DNA from: Clostridiaceae bacterium
GTDB taxonomy: Bacteria; Bacillota; Clostridia; CAYPLH01; DUMO01
Assembly (NCBI GenBank): GCA_012839865.1
Contig: DUMO01000086.1
Coordinates: forward strand, 1-37,808
Reading direction: 5' to 3'
Length of the DNA stretch: 37,808 nt
Shown piece by piece: positions 19,482-29,263 of this stretch (positions within the stretch are counted from its first letter, which is position 1; every line of letters starts with the position of its first letter). The notes beneath the pieces were generated by a model that ran no database searches, was not told the origin of the DNA, and saw only the letters and a program-made list of their open reading frames with translations. Both the position numbers and the translations under genes were made by a program.

Positions 19482-20492
19482 TTATTTATATCCGTTGGGG
19501 TTCATGCTTTGCCATCTCCAGGCGTCGACACACATTTCATCTGTACCCTTTTTGGCCGACCAGTTCAGCTCCAGTTCTGCTTTTGTGGGGTCGGCATAGC
19601 ATGCGGCAATATCCCCGGGCCTTCTTTCGGTAATGACATATGGTATTTTCCTGCCTGAAGCTTTTTCGAAAGCCTTTACCATCTCAAGTACGCTGTATCC
19701 GCGTCCTGTCCCAAGATTATAGGCAACTATGCCGGGATTGGTACTAACCTTTTCAATGGCTTTCAAATGCCCTATTGCCAGGTCCACTACATGAATATAA
19801 TCCCGTACTCCGGTACCGTCAGGCGTTGGGTAATCATTGCCGAATACCTTCAGATAAGGAAGTTTGCCAATTGCCACCTGTGAAATATATGGAACAAGAT
19901 TGTTGGGGATACCGTTCGGATCTTCACCTATAAGACCGCTTTCATGGGCTCCCACAGGGTTGAAATAACGAAGGAGTATCGCATTAAATGAAGGATCCGA
20001 AATATATACGTCCTTTAAAATCTGCTCGATTATTAGTTTGGAACGGCCATATGGATTGGTGGCCGAAAGCGGGAAATCCTCCTTTATTGGTACGGTATGC
20101 GGATCTCCGTAAACAGTTGCAGAAGAGCTGAATACTATCTTGTTTACACCGTACTTTTTCATTGTTTCGCAAAGTATAATAGTTCCTGTAATATTGTTAT
20201 GGTAGTATTTAAGAGGAATGGACACCGATTCACCAACAGCCTTCAGACCTGCGAAGTGTATTATCGAATCTATTTTTTCCTTCTCAAAAATGTTTTCCAA
20301 AGCTTTGCGGTCTAAAAGGTCTGTCTTGTAAAAGGGAAAGTCCTTTCCTGTAATCTGCTTCACACGTTTTAAGGATTCTTCCTTGCTATTGCTTAAATTG
20401 TCAATTACCACAATTTCGTAACCTGCGTTCAAGAGTTCAACACAAGTATGACTTCCAATATAACCGGCACCTCCGGTCACTAAAATTGACAT
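19482..20492 (-). CDS. galE: UDP-glucose 4-epimerase
   Basis: [51 protein letters not shown]. Confidence 0.97.
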   Translation of the reverse strand: MSILVTGGAGYIGSHTCVELLNAGYEIVVIDNLSNSKEESLKRVKQITGKDFPFYKTDLLDRKALENIFEKEKIDSIIHFAGLKAVGESVSIPLKYYHNNITGTIILCETMKKYGVNKIVFSSSATVYGDPHTVPIKEDFPLSATNPYGRSKLIIEQILKDVYISDPSFNAILLRYFNPVGAHESGLIGEDPNGIPNNLVPYISQVAIGKLPYLKVFGNDYPTPDGTGVRDYIHVVDLAIGHLKAIEKVSTNPGIVAYNLGTGRGYSVLEMVKAFEKASGRKIPYVITERRPGDIAACYADPTKAELELNWSAKKGTDEMCVDAWRWQSMNPNGYK

Positions 20493-20561
20493 TGCCCTAC
20501 CTCCATTGGTCGAAATTAGCCATCAAATATAATACATTTTACACCTTTTGGCTTTAGTATT

Positions 20562-20590
20562 AATATAATATCATTCATGTCTAAAATCAA
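20562..20590 (-). promoter_or_regulatory. Putative sigmaA promoter of galE
   Basis: Minus strand TTGATT-17 nt-TATATT. Confidence 0.45.
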
Positions 20591-20602
20591 TAACAAGTTT
20601 TC

Positions 20603-20629
20603 AAAAAAAAGTTGCTGTAACAGCAACTT
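20603..20629 (-). terminator. Intrinsic terminator of the acyl-CoA synthetase gene
   Basis: Minus strand AAGTTGCTG-tta-CAGCAAC-TTTTTTTT. Confidence 0.8.
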
Positions 20630-20649
20630 ATAATAAGAAGTAAGCGCAG

Positions 20650-22377
20650 CTAAACACTCTTGTCTATATCAACACTATATCGTTTAATCTTTTTGGTGGT
20701 TGTTTTTGCAAATTCGTCCTGTCTTATATCAAACTTGCAAATACATTTATATAAAGGCATCTTGTGATTGACTGCCTTAACCTCGCTGCTTATTATCTTC
20801 ATTACTTCATCATCGGCAATGTCTTCTTTTTTCAGCTTCTGTTTAATGGCTTCATAATCTGGTACAATTTGCGCATAAACATAGGTTTCATTATCTTCTT
20901 TACTATCCTTGCCCCATACCAGAGACTCAAAGATATAGGGGCTGTTGTTCAGATAGGCTTCCACTTCCTCAGGAAAAATATTTTTTCCGTTTTTGGTGAC
21001 AATGACATTTTTCTTTCTTCCTGTTATATAATAAAAACCGTCTTTATCCTTGTAACCCAGGTCACCTGTAAAGAACCAGCCATCCTTTAAGACTTTGCTT
21101 GTGGCAGCCTCATTCTGATAATATCCAAGCATTACATTATCGCCTTTTACCACAATTTCTCCAATGCCTTCATTATCTACGTCTTCCAGTTTTACTTCTA
21201 TGCCCGGAAGAGGGAGACCGATGGATGCATCATGGAAAGTCTGCTCGATGTTGACAGTAACAATAGGAGAGCATTCGGTAAGGCCGTATCCCTGCAGTAT
21301 TTTAAATCCCATGCTGCGCATTCCCTTTGACACTTCAGGGTTTATGGCTGCAGCACCGGAAATTATAAGTCTTACACGTCCTCCAACATTTTCATGTATT
21401 TGCTTGAACAGTTTTTTTCTAAGGTCAATATTGAAAGTATTAAGCAGGAAATCTGATACCTTAAGGGCAATTTTAAGTTTCCTTTTCAGCCCGGGTTTTT
21501 TTGCAGCGGAATCCCATATTTTTTTATACATGCTTTCAATAATCAACGGGACCAGCAATAAAATTGTCGGTTTAACCTCCTGTAGATTCTTTGATATATG
21601 CTTCAGACCTTCTATGAATGAAATGCAGCAGCCGTTGTAGATCATAAGAAGAAATCCGCATGTGCATTCATAGGTATGGTGCAGAGGAAGCATGGACAGT
21701 ACCGAATCATTGCAGTCGATGTACAGGGTCTTGCATACTGCCATGAAGTTTGAACATATATTTTTGTGGCTTAACATAACACCCTTTGCAATATCGGTGG
21801 TTCCTGAGGTGAAAAGCAGAATGCTCATTTTTTCAGGGTCGATTTCTGCATTTTTGTAAGTGACATTACCCAAATCAATAAGCTTGCTTCCTTCGCTGAT
21901 AAGCTGCTTGAATGAAAGAGCCCCGTCCCTGGCTTCATCAAGCTCCATATTGATGATGTATTCGAGTGAAGGTGCGTTCTTTGCAATACTTCTTATTTGT
22001 TCGTCCAGCTTGCCGGAATAAATGATGGCGGAAGCCTTGGACCTGTTTAGAAGATTCTCGATTTCATTTTTCGGAAGTTCCTTGTCCAGAGGTATAACAA
22101 CACCGACTCCACATACGACAGCCAGATAGGAAACACACCATTCATAACTGTTTTCACCTATAACTGCAATGTGTTTTCCTTTCAGCCCAAGATTCAGCAA
22201 AGCCGTACCAAGGGAGTCTACATCCTTTTTGAATTCATTGTAGGTGATACCTGTATAGTTGCCATCCCTTTTAATGTAAAAAGCATTTCTGCTCCCGAAC
22301 AGTTCGGAGCTTTTATTCAGCATGTCTTTAAGATCCCTGACATGCCTTACTTTGTACAAATCATTGTTAATGGCCAT
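20650..22377 (-). CDS. Long-chain acyl-CoA synthetase / AMP-binding enzyme (FadD-like)
   Basis: FTSGTTDIAKG, LPLHHTYE, QGYGLTECSP, GWFFTGDLG, GRKKNVIV..GKNIFPEE; start moved to ATG 22377. Confidence 0.9.
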   Translation of the reverse strand: MAINNDLYKVRHVRDLKDMLNKSSELFGSRNAFYIKRDGNYTGITYNEFKKDVDSLGTALLNLGLKGKHIAVIGENSYEWCVSYLAVVCGVGVVIPLDKELPKNEIENLLNRSKASAIIYSGKLDEQIRSIAKNAPSLEYIINMELDEARDGALSFKQLISEGSKLIDLGNVTYKNAEIDPEKMSILLFTSGTTDIAKGVMLSHKNICSNFMAVCKTLYIDCNDSVLSMLPLHHTYECTCGFLLMIYNGCCISFIEGLKHISKNLQEVKPTILLLVPLIIESMYKKIWDSAAKKPGLKRKLKIALKVSDFLLNTFNIDLRKKLFKQIHENVGGRVRLIISGAAAINPEVSKGMRSMGFKILQGYGLTECSPIVTVNIEQTFHDASIGLPLPGIEVKLEDVDNEGIGEIVVKGDNVMLGYYQNEAATSKVLKDGWFFTGDLGYKDKDGFYYITGRKKNVIVTKNGKNIFPEEVEAYLNNSPYIFESLVWGKDSKEDNETYVYAQIVPDYEAIKQKLKKEDIADDEVMKIISSEVKAVNHKMPLYKCICKFDIRQDEFAKTTTKKIKRYSVDIDKSV

Positions 22378-22578
22378 TCTCCGCACCCCTTTACAAAAAT
22401 AAAGTATGAAATTAAAATAATTCCCCTGAAAATGAGCTGAAACCGTTTTTAAGCAATACGTATCCCAGACTGGAACAGTCCCGGAAGGACTTGCGCCGGT
22501 AAAATATATTGCATTTAAAGTTTCAACTTGCAGGTACATTTTTAATAAATAAGTTGTCGACGATATTAGCCTGTCAAT

Positions 22579-22607
22579 ATTATATACCTGATGAACATCA
22601 GATTCAA
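22579..22607 (-). promoter_or_regulatory. sigmaA promoter with a palindrome in the spacer
   Basis: TTGAAT-17 nt-TATAAT on minus; CTGATG-aa-CATCAG inverted repeat at 22588-22601. Confidence 0.6.
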
Positions 22608-22653
22608 GAAAAATTTATGAGCAGGTACTAACATCAAGTAATTATATGCGGGA

Positions 22654-23949
22654 TTATCTCCAATATATTCTTCTAAATCTTCTGATTCTTCTTTTTCTTA
22701 AGGTTCTGATTAATGCAAAAAGCAAAACTATGACAGCAAGGCAGATTGCAAAGAGTACCACATACCGGCTGTAACCTGTCTGATTATCGGTATTGGTAAT
22801 TTCAATAATGTCTGCTGCCTGTTCTGTAACCTCGGGTATGATTTTGCTGACTGATCTTGAAGCGATCAAATCTGACCTTCCGATTTCACTTCCGTCAGCT
22901 TTGTAAATGACAGAGCCTATTACATCTCCGGCTTTGACGGGAGCATTGACAGGGTTTTTGACGGAGATTTCCTTTTCAATATTCCAGAGACTTTTATCCA
23001 GGGGTAAAAGGGCTTTGATTTCTTTTGATGCAACCAGTTCAAGTTCGGGGCTGCCCTCAGCGTCCAATACATTAACGGTTCTTACAACATGATTGGCTTC
23101 TATGATATTTTGTACTGCAAAATTTTTATAACCATATTCTAAAAGTTCTTTCCCGAATTTAAAGGAATCTTCTCTTGTTTTTGCACCTAGTATGACTGCC
23201 AGAAGCTCAAGATTACTGTTGTCTACAGCCGATGCCACCAGGTTGAAGCCGGCAGGGTCTGTATAACCTGTTTTTATGCCTGTAACACGGGTGAAGCATT
23301 CAGATGTTTCATTCAAAAGCAAATTTGTAGATTCAAGATATATTTTTTCATCTGGATTGCCGGCTGACGGCATGTTATAGTATTTTTGGGATACTACTTC
23401 CCTGAACTTGGGCAGGGTAAGGGCATGCCTTGCAATAATGGAAAGATCCAATGCACTGGAATAATGATTATCATCATGCATGCCGTTGGCATTTTTAAAA
23501 TTTGTATTTGTGCAGCCCAGCTCTTTTGCTCTGGCATTCATCAACTCTATAAATTCTTTCCTGGTAGGAGATATATTTTCAGCAATAATATTTGCTGCTT
23601 CGTTTGCAGACTTTACGAGCATTGCATTCAGCAGAACGTCAAGAGTATATGATTCTCCTGGCTTGATGCCTACATGCATTCCATCGGGACCAATGTCATA
23701 GACTGCTTCCTTGCTGGCTGTCATAACCTGGTCCAGGGAACCTTTTTCAAGGGCTAAAATCGCAGTCATTATTTTGGTTGTACTGGCAGGGTAAAGTTCA
23801 GCTGTAGGGTTTTCTGCGTATAGAATTTTTCCGGTGTTTACTTCAACAAGAATGGCCGCCTTTGCGTCTGTCTTAGGGCTTGCATAAACCTGAAGATTTG
23901 TTGCTGCAAATAAAACTAAAATGAATATTATGAATAATGACTTTCTCAA
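22654..23949 (-). CDS. D-alanyl-D-alanine carboxypeptidase (peptidase S11, PBP5-like) with C-terminal TM anchor
   Basis: ASTTK (SxxK), KSANEAA (SxN), GIKTGYT (KTG); TTG start at 23949 after GGAGG. Confidence 0.93.
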   Translation of the reverse strand: MRKSLFIIFILVLFAATNLQVYASPKTDAKAAILVEVNTGKILYAENPTAELYPASTTKIMTAILALEKGSLDQVMTASKEAVYDIGPDGMHVGIKPGESYTLDVLLNAMLVKSANEAANIIAENISPTRKEFIELMNARAKELGCTNTNFKNANGMHDDNHYSSALDLSIIARHALTLPKFREVVSQKYYNMPSAGNPDEKIYLESTNLLLNETSECFTRVTGIKTGYTDPAGFNLVASAVDNSNLELLAVILGAKTREDSFKFGKELLEYGYKNFAVQNIIEANHVVRTVNVLDAEGSPELELVASKEIKALLPLDKSLWNIEKEISVKNPVNAPVKAGDVIGSVIYKADGSEIGRSDLIASRSVSKIIPEVTEQAADIIEITNTDNQTGYSRYVVLFAICLAVIVLLFALIRTLRKRRIRRFRRIYWR

Positions 23950-24137
23950 CTTGCATCCTCCGTATGACATTTTGCTGTACATTTAAGTATACCATAATTA
24001 TGCTCCAATAATTCAAGGGATACGTATTACTGTTTTATAAACTGTCAGTTCCAACTCTGGAAAGTGGAAAAAATGGTTTTCATGATAATTGTCGTATTAC
24101 AATCATATTTTTATGACATAATTTATACCAAAAAAAG

Positions 24138-24162
24138 AGGAGTTTAGCCAAATATGTAGAAT
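24138..24162 (+). promoter_or_regulatory. sigmaH-type promoter upstream of comEA
   Basis: AGGA-17 nt-GAAT, same spacing as the B. subtilis spoVG sigmaH promoter. Confidence 0.55.
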
Positions 24163-24260
24163 AGTATACAATTGCAGTACCAATATGGCAGTATGATCAA
24201 GCATACATACAAATAAAAAATGACCTGAAAGTGTGTAAGACTTTGGGAGGTTATGAACAT

Positions 24261-24965
24261 ATGAAATTCAAGATCCGGGGTATTGAGATAAACATAAAAA
24301 AAGAAACAATTGGCATGGTGGTGGCCATAATTATCTTTACATTGCTGGCTGTTGTCTACGCTTATATGAATGACCGGGGAGAATTGGTCTTCAGTTCGGA
24401 CTATGACGGTAACAGTTTTCAAAAGCTTAATCCGGATAGCAATGAAAATGGGAGCAAAGGTGATGACAAACATCCTGTTGAAAAGATTCAGGTGTATGTA
24501 ACAGGCTGCGTGAAAAACCCGGGAGTTGTAACCCTGGAAAAGGGTCAAATTATTGCAGATGCAATAGAAGCTGCCGGTGGGTTTACAGAAGATGCAGATC
24601 TTGAAAATATAAATCTGGTTTATCAATTGAACCGAAATGTAATGCTGAGAATCAAGTCCAGGATTCAGAATGAAGAAGCAAAGGGCGGAGAAATTTCCGA
24701 GGCAGGTTCGGGCATTGAAATGATTTATGGGAGCGGGGGGGCAGTGGTGGACTACACGGGTAAACAGGAGCCGAACCTCATAAATATCAACACGGCAACT
24801 GTTTTGGAGCTTCAAAGCCTGCCCGGCATTGGAGAACAGACAGCCAAAAGCATAGTTGAATACAGAAACAGGAATGGCAGTTTTGAGAAGATAGAAGATA
24901 TAATGAAAGTTCCCGGAATTAAGGAAAACAAGTTTGAGGATATAAAAGATTTAATTACCGTATAA
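24261..24965 (+). CDS. comEA: ComEA-family DNA-binding/uptake protein (TM, SLBB, HhH)
   Basis: VYVTGCVKNPGVV SLBB; ININTAT..ELQSLPGIGE..AKSIVEYR and KVPGIKE HhH; ATG 24261 after GGGAGG. Confidence 0.9.
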   Translation: MKFKIRGIEINIKKETIGMVVAIIIFTLLAVVYAYMNDRGELVFSSDYDGNSFQKLNPDSNENGSKGDDKHPVEKIQVYVTGCVKNPGVVTLEKGQIIADAIEAAGGFTEDADLENINLVYQLNRNVMLRIKSRIQNEEAKGGEISEAGSGIEMIYGSGGAVVDYTGKQEPNLININTATVLELQSLPGIGEQTAKSIVEYRNRNGSFEKIEDIMKVPGIKENKFEDIKDLITV

Positions 24966-25166
24966 GAATTTTTTATCCCTCAAGCCAACTTGCAATAAAA
25001 ACCTGATCGGTTGAAAATGCTTAACTGAAGGCTATGACTTAAGTAACCGGGATGAAGGCTTACTTTACTTATAAAAAGCGATTACATATTACTTAGGGGT
25101 TCACCTTGCTTTAATTTCTGATTCATGACCAATAAAAGTGATTGCAACCTCCCCAATAGGCAGGTT

Positions 25167-25718
25167 TTACTTAAAAAGGATTACTCCGACATATGATACT
25201 GTATCCTTGCCGTTATAATATGGTATTCCACAGTTGGTTGTGAGTTCCTTTACATCTATCCCGCAGGCTTCAACTGAAGGAAAGGCTTTCTCAGGGAAAC
25301 GGCATTTTTCCCCTATTGCATATGTGCATTCTTTACATATGCTGCATGCGCCTGCTTTTAAAAGAAATAAATCTTTATAACCAAAATCTTTTTTTATTTT
25401 TATTGAAACCTTTTCAAGCACTTCTTCAAGGTCGGATTTTGCTTTCATCATGCCTTCAAAATCAAAAGAATCCTCGAGCTGTCTTACTACCTGAATTAAC
25501 AGTCCGGTATCATACTTCTTAATTTTTCCCTCCAGTTCTTCCAGTGTTCCGACACCTGGTGGGCAAGTCCAATTAGTACCGTACCTGCCGCATGAGTTCA
25601 ACTCGCAAAGATGGCGAAATTCCCTTGAGAAAACCAATTTGTTTACGTCAATGACAGCCGCATTTGTTGCTCCCAATTCTCTGGCGGCAAGAACGAGTCT
25701 TTCCATTTGCTGCTTCAA
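25167..25718 (-). CDS. DUF2284-like Cys-rich metal-binding protein
   Basis: CELNSCGRYGTNWTCPP, GACSICKEC, CRFPEKAFPSVEACGIDV; TTG start overlaps the regulator stop by 4 nt. Confidence 0.8.
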   Translation of the reverse strand: MKQQMERLVLAARELGATNAAVIDVNKLVFSREFRHLCELNSCGRYGTNWTCPPGVGTLEELEGKIKKYDTGLLIQVVRQLEDSFDFEGMMKAKSDLEEVLEKVSIKIKKDFGYKDLFLLKAGACSICKECTYAIGEKCRFPEKAFPSVEACGIDVKELTTNCGIPYYNGKDTVSYVGVILFK

Positions 25719-27004
25719 ATAACCTGCCCCCTTGATTTTCTAAATTTTCCCGGAGTCACACCCGTTATTTTTTTAAACACCCTGGAAAAATAGCTTTGAT
25801 CTTCAAACCCTATAAGAATTGATACATCCACTAATGGTATGGATTCATCCAGTAAAAGCTTTTTACCCATTTCAATACGCACATTGTTTAAATATACATT
25901 GAAATTTTTCCTGGTTTCATCTTTGAACAGCTTGCTGAAATACGGAGGGCTCAAGTGAACATATGAAGCAACATCCTCCAAAGTTATTTTACTCATGTAA
26001 TTTTTGTTTATATATTCAATTGCTTTGTAAATTATATCCGCATGTTTTACATTGGCCAGGTTGAACACACAGTCAGTAAACCTGGTCAATATTTTGGACA
26101 GCCAGAAGCTGATTTCCTCAACTGTTTTAAAGCTGAATATCTGGTTTATATAATGGCAATTGAGCCCAAAAACCTCCTCATTGTCTGCGCCGCCTTCCAG
26201 AGCAGCCCTTGAGAGCAGTACCACAAGCTCAAGGGTACGGGATTTTATCACTTCAAAATCCATTCCCGATGAAAAGAAAATGTGACCCAGTATTTCATTG
26301 AGTATTTTTTGTGCACTCTTTTTATCTCCTATTGAAATGTGCTTCAACAAATCCTTTTCTTTTTCAATGGGGTAACTTTCCACAGGACGCCGGTCACCGC
26401 TCATATTCTTAATATCATGGATATACTGGGATATATCTGACTGCTGCCTGTTATAGTCGGTAGCTTCTTTATATTTCAGGGAAACCGAGTCGGATGCATG
26501 CTCTGCGACAATATACAGCAAATCCGACAGGCTTGTTACTTTGTCAGGCTTTACAACAGGGATGTCCTTCAAATGTTCCTTAAGCTCGGACAATACACTT
26601 TTGTCCTTGATATTGCGCTCAATGATCTCATCAATCAAGAATTCATTGGGGTCCACCATCAATACCGGACCGCCCATTAAGGAGCATCGGGTGATACTAT
26701 CGGAGTGAAGGGGAGATACCCAATGGGTAAAACCCATGGGACAGAAAAATATGTACTTGCCCCCGAAGCGTTCTGCCTGGTAACTGCCATACAAATGAGA
26801 ATCCCTGCAAATGTCGGGGTTGCATAACATCTGGTGCACATTTGCGCAAAAACCCCCTTCATTATTACAGGATGCCCTGTAAATGACCTCCCCGGTGGAA
26901 TCAATAATTGAGCTTTCCACTCCTGTGCATTTGCTGTAAACATCCAGGCACTCTTTAGCTTTTTTCAAATCAAATTCATCATCGAACAATTTTCTGAGGG
27001 ACAT
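25715..27004 (-). CDS. PocR-sensor AraC-family transcriptional regulator
   Basis: N-terminal PocR-like C..SH..G..QAERFGGKYIFFCPMG; C-terminal AraC HTH LEDVASYVHLSPPYFSKLFK...GFEDQSYFSRVFKK.TGVTPGKFR. Confidence 0.9.
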   Translation of the reverse strand: MSLRKLFDDEFDLKKAKECLDVYSKCTGVESSIIDSTGEVIYRASCNNEGGFCANVHQMLCNPDICRDSHLYGSYQAERFGGKYIFFCPMGFTHWVSPLHSDSITRCSLMGGPVLMVDPNEFLIDEIIERNIKDKSVLSELKEHLKDIPVVKPDKVTSLSDLLYIVAEHASDSVSLKYKEATDYNRQQSDISQYIHDIKNMSGDRRPVESYPIEKEKDLLKHISIGDKKSAQKILNEILGHIFFSSGMDFEVIKSRTLELVVLLSRAALEGGADNEEVFGLNCHYINQIFSFKTVEEISFWLSKILTRFTDCVFNLANVKHADIIYKAIEYINKNYMSKITLEDVASYVHLSPPYFSKLFKDETRKNFNVYLNNVRIEMGKKLLLDESIPLVDVSILIGFEDQSYFSRVFKKITGVTPGKFRKSRGQVI

Positions 27005-27273
27005 TTTTTCTCCTGTTCAATAACCGGTTTTTCAAGACTCCTGCCGTTAAGGCTTTTGTAGCGAAATTATCACGCCTTTTAATTTTGCGTGAATTCAAAA
27101 GCATCTATTTATATTTTATTAAAACTTTAACCTTATGTAAACTTCCATAATTACAGTTCCGTTGCCAATGTTCAATGGAATACTGCAACTGGTTGTTTCG
27201 AAACGTTGACAATATTGTATGAGCAAAAAGTTCAAAAGATATAATTTGCAGTTGTCAAAGCAGAAAAGGTGTC

Positions 27274-27298
27274 TGCCTGTTGCAGGTAGTGACAGGCA
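27274..27298 (-). terminator. Hairpin downstream of the ASKHA gene
   Basis: TGCCTGT-11 nt-ACAGGCA; weak tail. Confidence 0.4.
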
Positions 27299-27318
27299 AT
27301 AAGATAAATATGCAGCTG

Positions 27319-29190
27319 TTAATCCCCAAAAAACATACTGTCCACAAATTCATCATGAAATTCGGGCAGGGCAGACAACTCTATATACCGGGAGATATCT
27401 TTAATTTTTCCTGTCTGCACCAACTCGCTGACAGACAAAAGGCACATTTTTGCTCCCGTACCTGCCGCATTCCCCAGCACAGTTATTTTGTCCTTGAATT
27501 CCGCAGGAATTAAGCCAATCTTTATGGCGCTGTCCTTGTTTATGTAACTGCCAAACCCGCCTGCAAGAAATACATTGTCAACATCCTTCATGCTGATTCC
27601 CGCAGAGTTGATCAACACCTTAACACCAGCGCTTATTGCAGCTTTTGCAAGCTGCAACTCCCGGATATCCTTTTGGGTTATGGCTATAATGCTCTTTACT
27701 CCGGCAGGATTCAAAATATCATTTGCTGCTGTATCGGACCAGACAACAAAAGCCGGTTGACCATCAATTTGGGTTAATCTTTTCCGCAAATTTTCACGGG
27801 CACTCAAACCGGCTTCATCCCCGGCGGCAAACCTTCCGGTCTCATCTATTATTCCGTTTTCAAGCATTATTGCGGCAATGTCCAGGACACCGGAACCGCA
27901 AATACCTATTGGAGCATGGTTTAGTATTGTGTTGATTGCAAGCCTGCCATCTTTATACTCTGCTTTGTTAATTGCGCCTTTCACGCCGCCAATTCCGTTT
28001 CTTATATGAGCGCCTTCAAATGCGGGACCTGCAGCCGTTGAACAGCAATATATCCTATTTTTACAGAAAAGGGCAATTTCTCCGTTCGTGCCTATATCTA
28101 TAAGCATTGAGACGGCATTTTTCTGCACCATGCGGCTGGATAAAATGCCTGCAACAATATCAGCGCCTACATATGCTGAAATGCAGGGTAATAAAGTCAC
28201 CATGCAGGATTTGCCCAGATTAAAGCCCAGTTCTTCAGCAGTAAATTCAATTTTTTCCGTAATTACAGGAATAAAAGGGGATAGGGCGATATTTTTCACC
28301 GGGAGCCCCATGAGCAAATGGAGCATGGTTGTATTTCCTGCGATAACCATATGATATATATTATCCAGACTGGCATGATTGTTTGCGGCAATATTCTTTA
28401 TCATATTATCCAGCTGGGTGATTATGCAGCTTCTCAGTTGCTCCGATCCCTCCGGATTCTCCATTGTATGATTGATTCTGGAAATTACATCGGCTCCATA
28501 TGCTTTTTGCCTGTTGAGTTCAGAGAGGACCCCTACCTGTTCACCTGTTGCCAGGTCCATAAGGTATACGGCAATGGTTGTGGTTCCAATGTCTATGGCA
28601 ACACCGTAGCTTGCTTTTTCGGTGTTGCCTGCTTCAACTTTTAAAACATGATTATTGCAGCGAACGATTGTTGTCTTGTAATTACTTTTTTCCAGTATGT
28701 CCGGAAGACTTTTCATGACGTGCAGCGGAAAGTGCAAATCCGGTACACCCGACAAATCCTGTATTCTCTTTACGTCATCTCTCTGGTCACTGATGGAGGG
28801 ACTGCCTGAAACCAGATATTGCTTTATGATTCCAACATCCCGGCTGGTTTCACACTCCCACCCGGAAGTCAATATTTGAGCGGTTTCAACAATACCGGGC
28901 ATTTCAACTTCAATATCCTGTTGGATCATATATGTACATGCGAGCCTGAAACCCTGCTCAAGTTCCATTTTCCCCAAAAGGAGGCTTTCTTCTTCTGTTG
29001 GCAATGTATTCTGCGCCTGCAGCACCTTTACCTTGCATTTTCCGCACAGGCCCTTTCCGCCGCAGGGGGTATCGATGAAAAAACCGTTTTGGGAAAGCAC
29101 GTTTTTCAGGATGCTTCCTTTGGCACATGACAATTCTGTCTTTTCGTTAACAAGACAAACTACAACCTTGCAGTTTTCCATGCTCTCCAT
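27319..29190 (-). CDS. ASKHA-type ATP-dependent reductive activator of corrinoid proteins (RACo/DUF4445-like) with N-terminal 2Fe-2S domain
   Basis: TPCGGKGLCGKC...RLAC ferredoxin; DIGTTT, AYGADVISRI, DIGTNGE, AGPAFEG, GICGSG, LAGGFG. Confidence 0.9.
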   Translation of the reverse strand: MESMENCKVVVCLVNEKTELSCAKGSILKNVLSQNGFFIDTPCGGKGLCGKCKVKVLQAQNTLPTEEESLLLGKMELEQGFRLACTYMIQQDIEVEMPGIVETAQILTSGWECETSRDVGIIKQYLVSGSPSISDQRDDVKRIQDLSGVPDLHFPLHVMKSLPDILEKSNYKTTIVRCNNHVLKVEAGNTEKASYGVAIDIGTTTIAVYLMDLATGEQVGVLSELNRQKAYGADVISRINHTMENPEGSEQLRSCIITQLDNMIKNIAANNHASLDNIYHMVIAGNTTMLHLLMGLPVKNIALSPFIPVITEKIEFTAEELGFNLGKSCMVTLLPCISAYVGADIVAGILSSRMVQKNAVSMLIDIGTNGEIALFCKNRIYCCSTAAGPAFEGAHIRNGIGGVKGAINKAEYKDGRLAINTILNHAPIGICGSGVLDIAAIMLENGIIDETGRFAAGDEAGLSARENLRKRLTQIDGQPAFVVWSDTAANDILNPAGVKSIIAITQKDIRELQLAKAAISAGVKVLINSAGISMKDVDNVFLAGGFGSYINKDSAIKIGLIPAEFKDKITVLGNAAGTGAKMCLLSVSELVQTGKIKDISRYIELSALPEFHDEFVDSMFFGD

Positions 29191-29263
29191 GAACTGACCT
29201 CCATGTTTTTTACCGATGCAGGTTTACCGATATGTCAATCTGACGGAAATTTTGCCTTCAAAT

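Noticed and set aside
22440..22540. c-di-GMP-I riboswitch in the acyl-CoA synthetase leader
   Set aside because: Only a partial GGCGCAAG resemblance; the GCAAA/GNRA and receptor stems are missing
24144..24815. 223-aa minus-strand ORF
   Set aside because: Antisense shadow of comEA; no motifs or RBS
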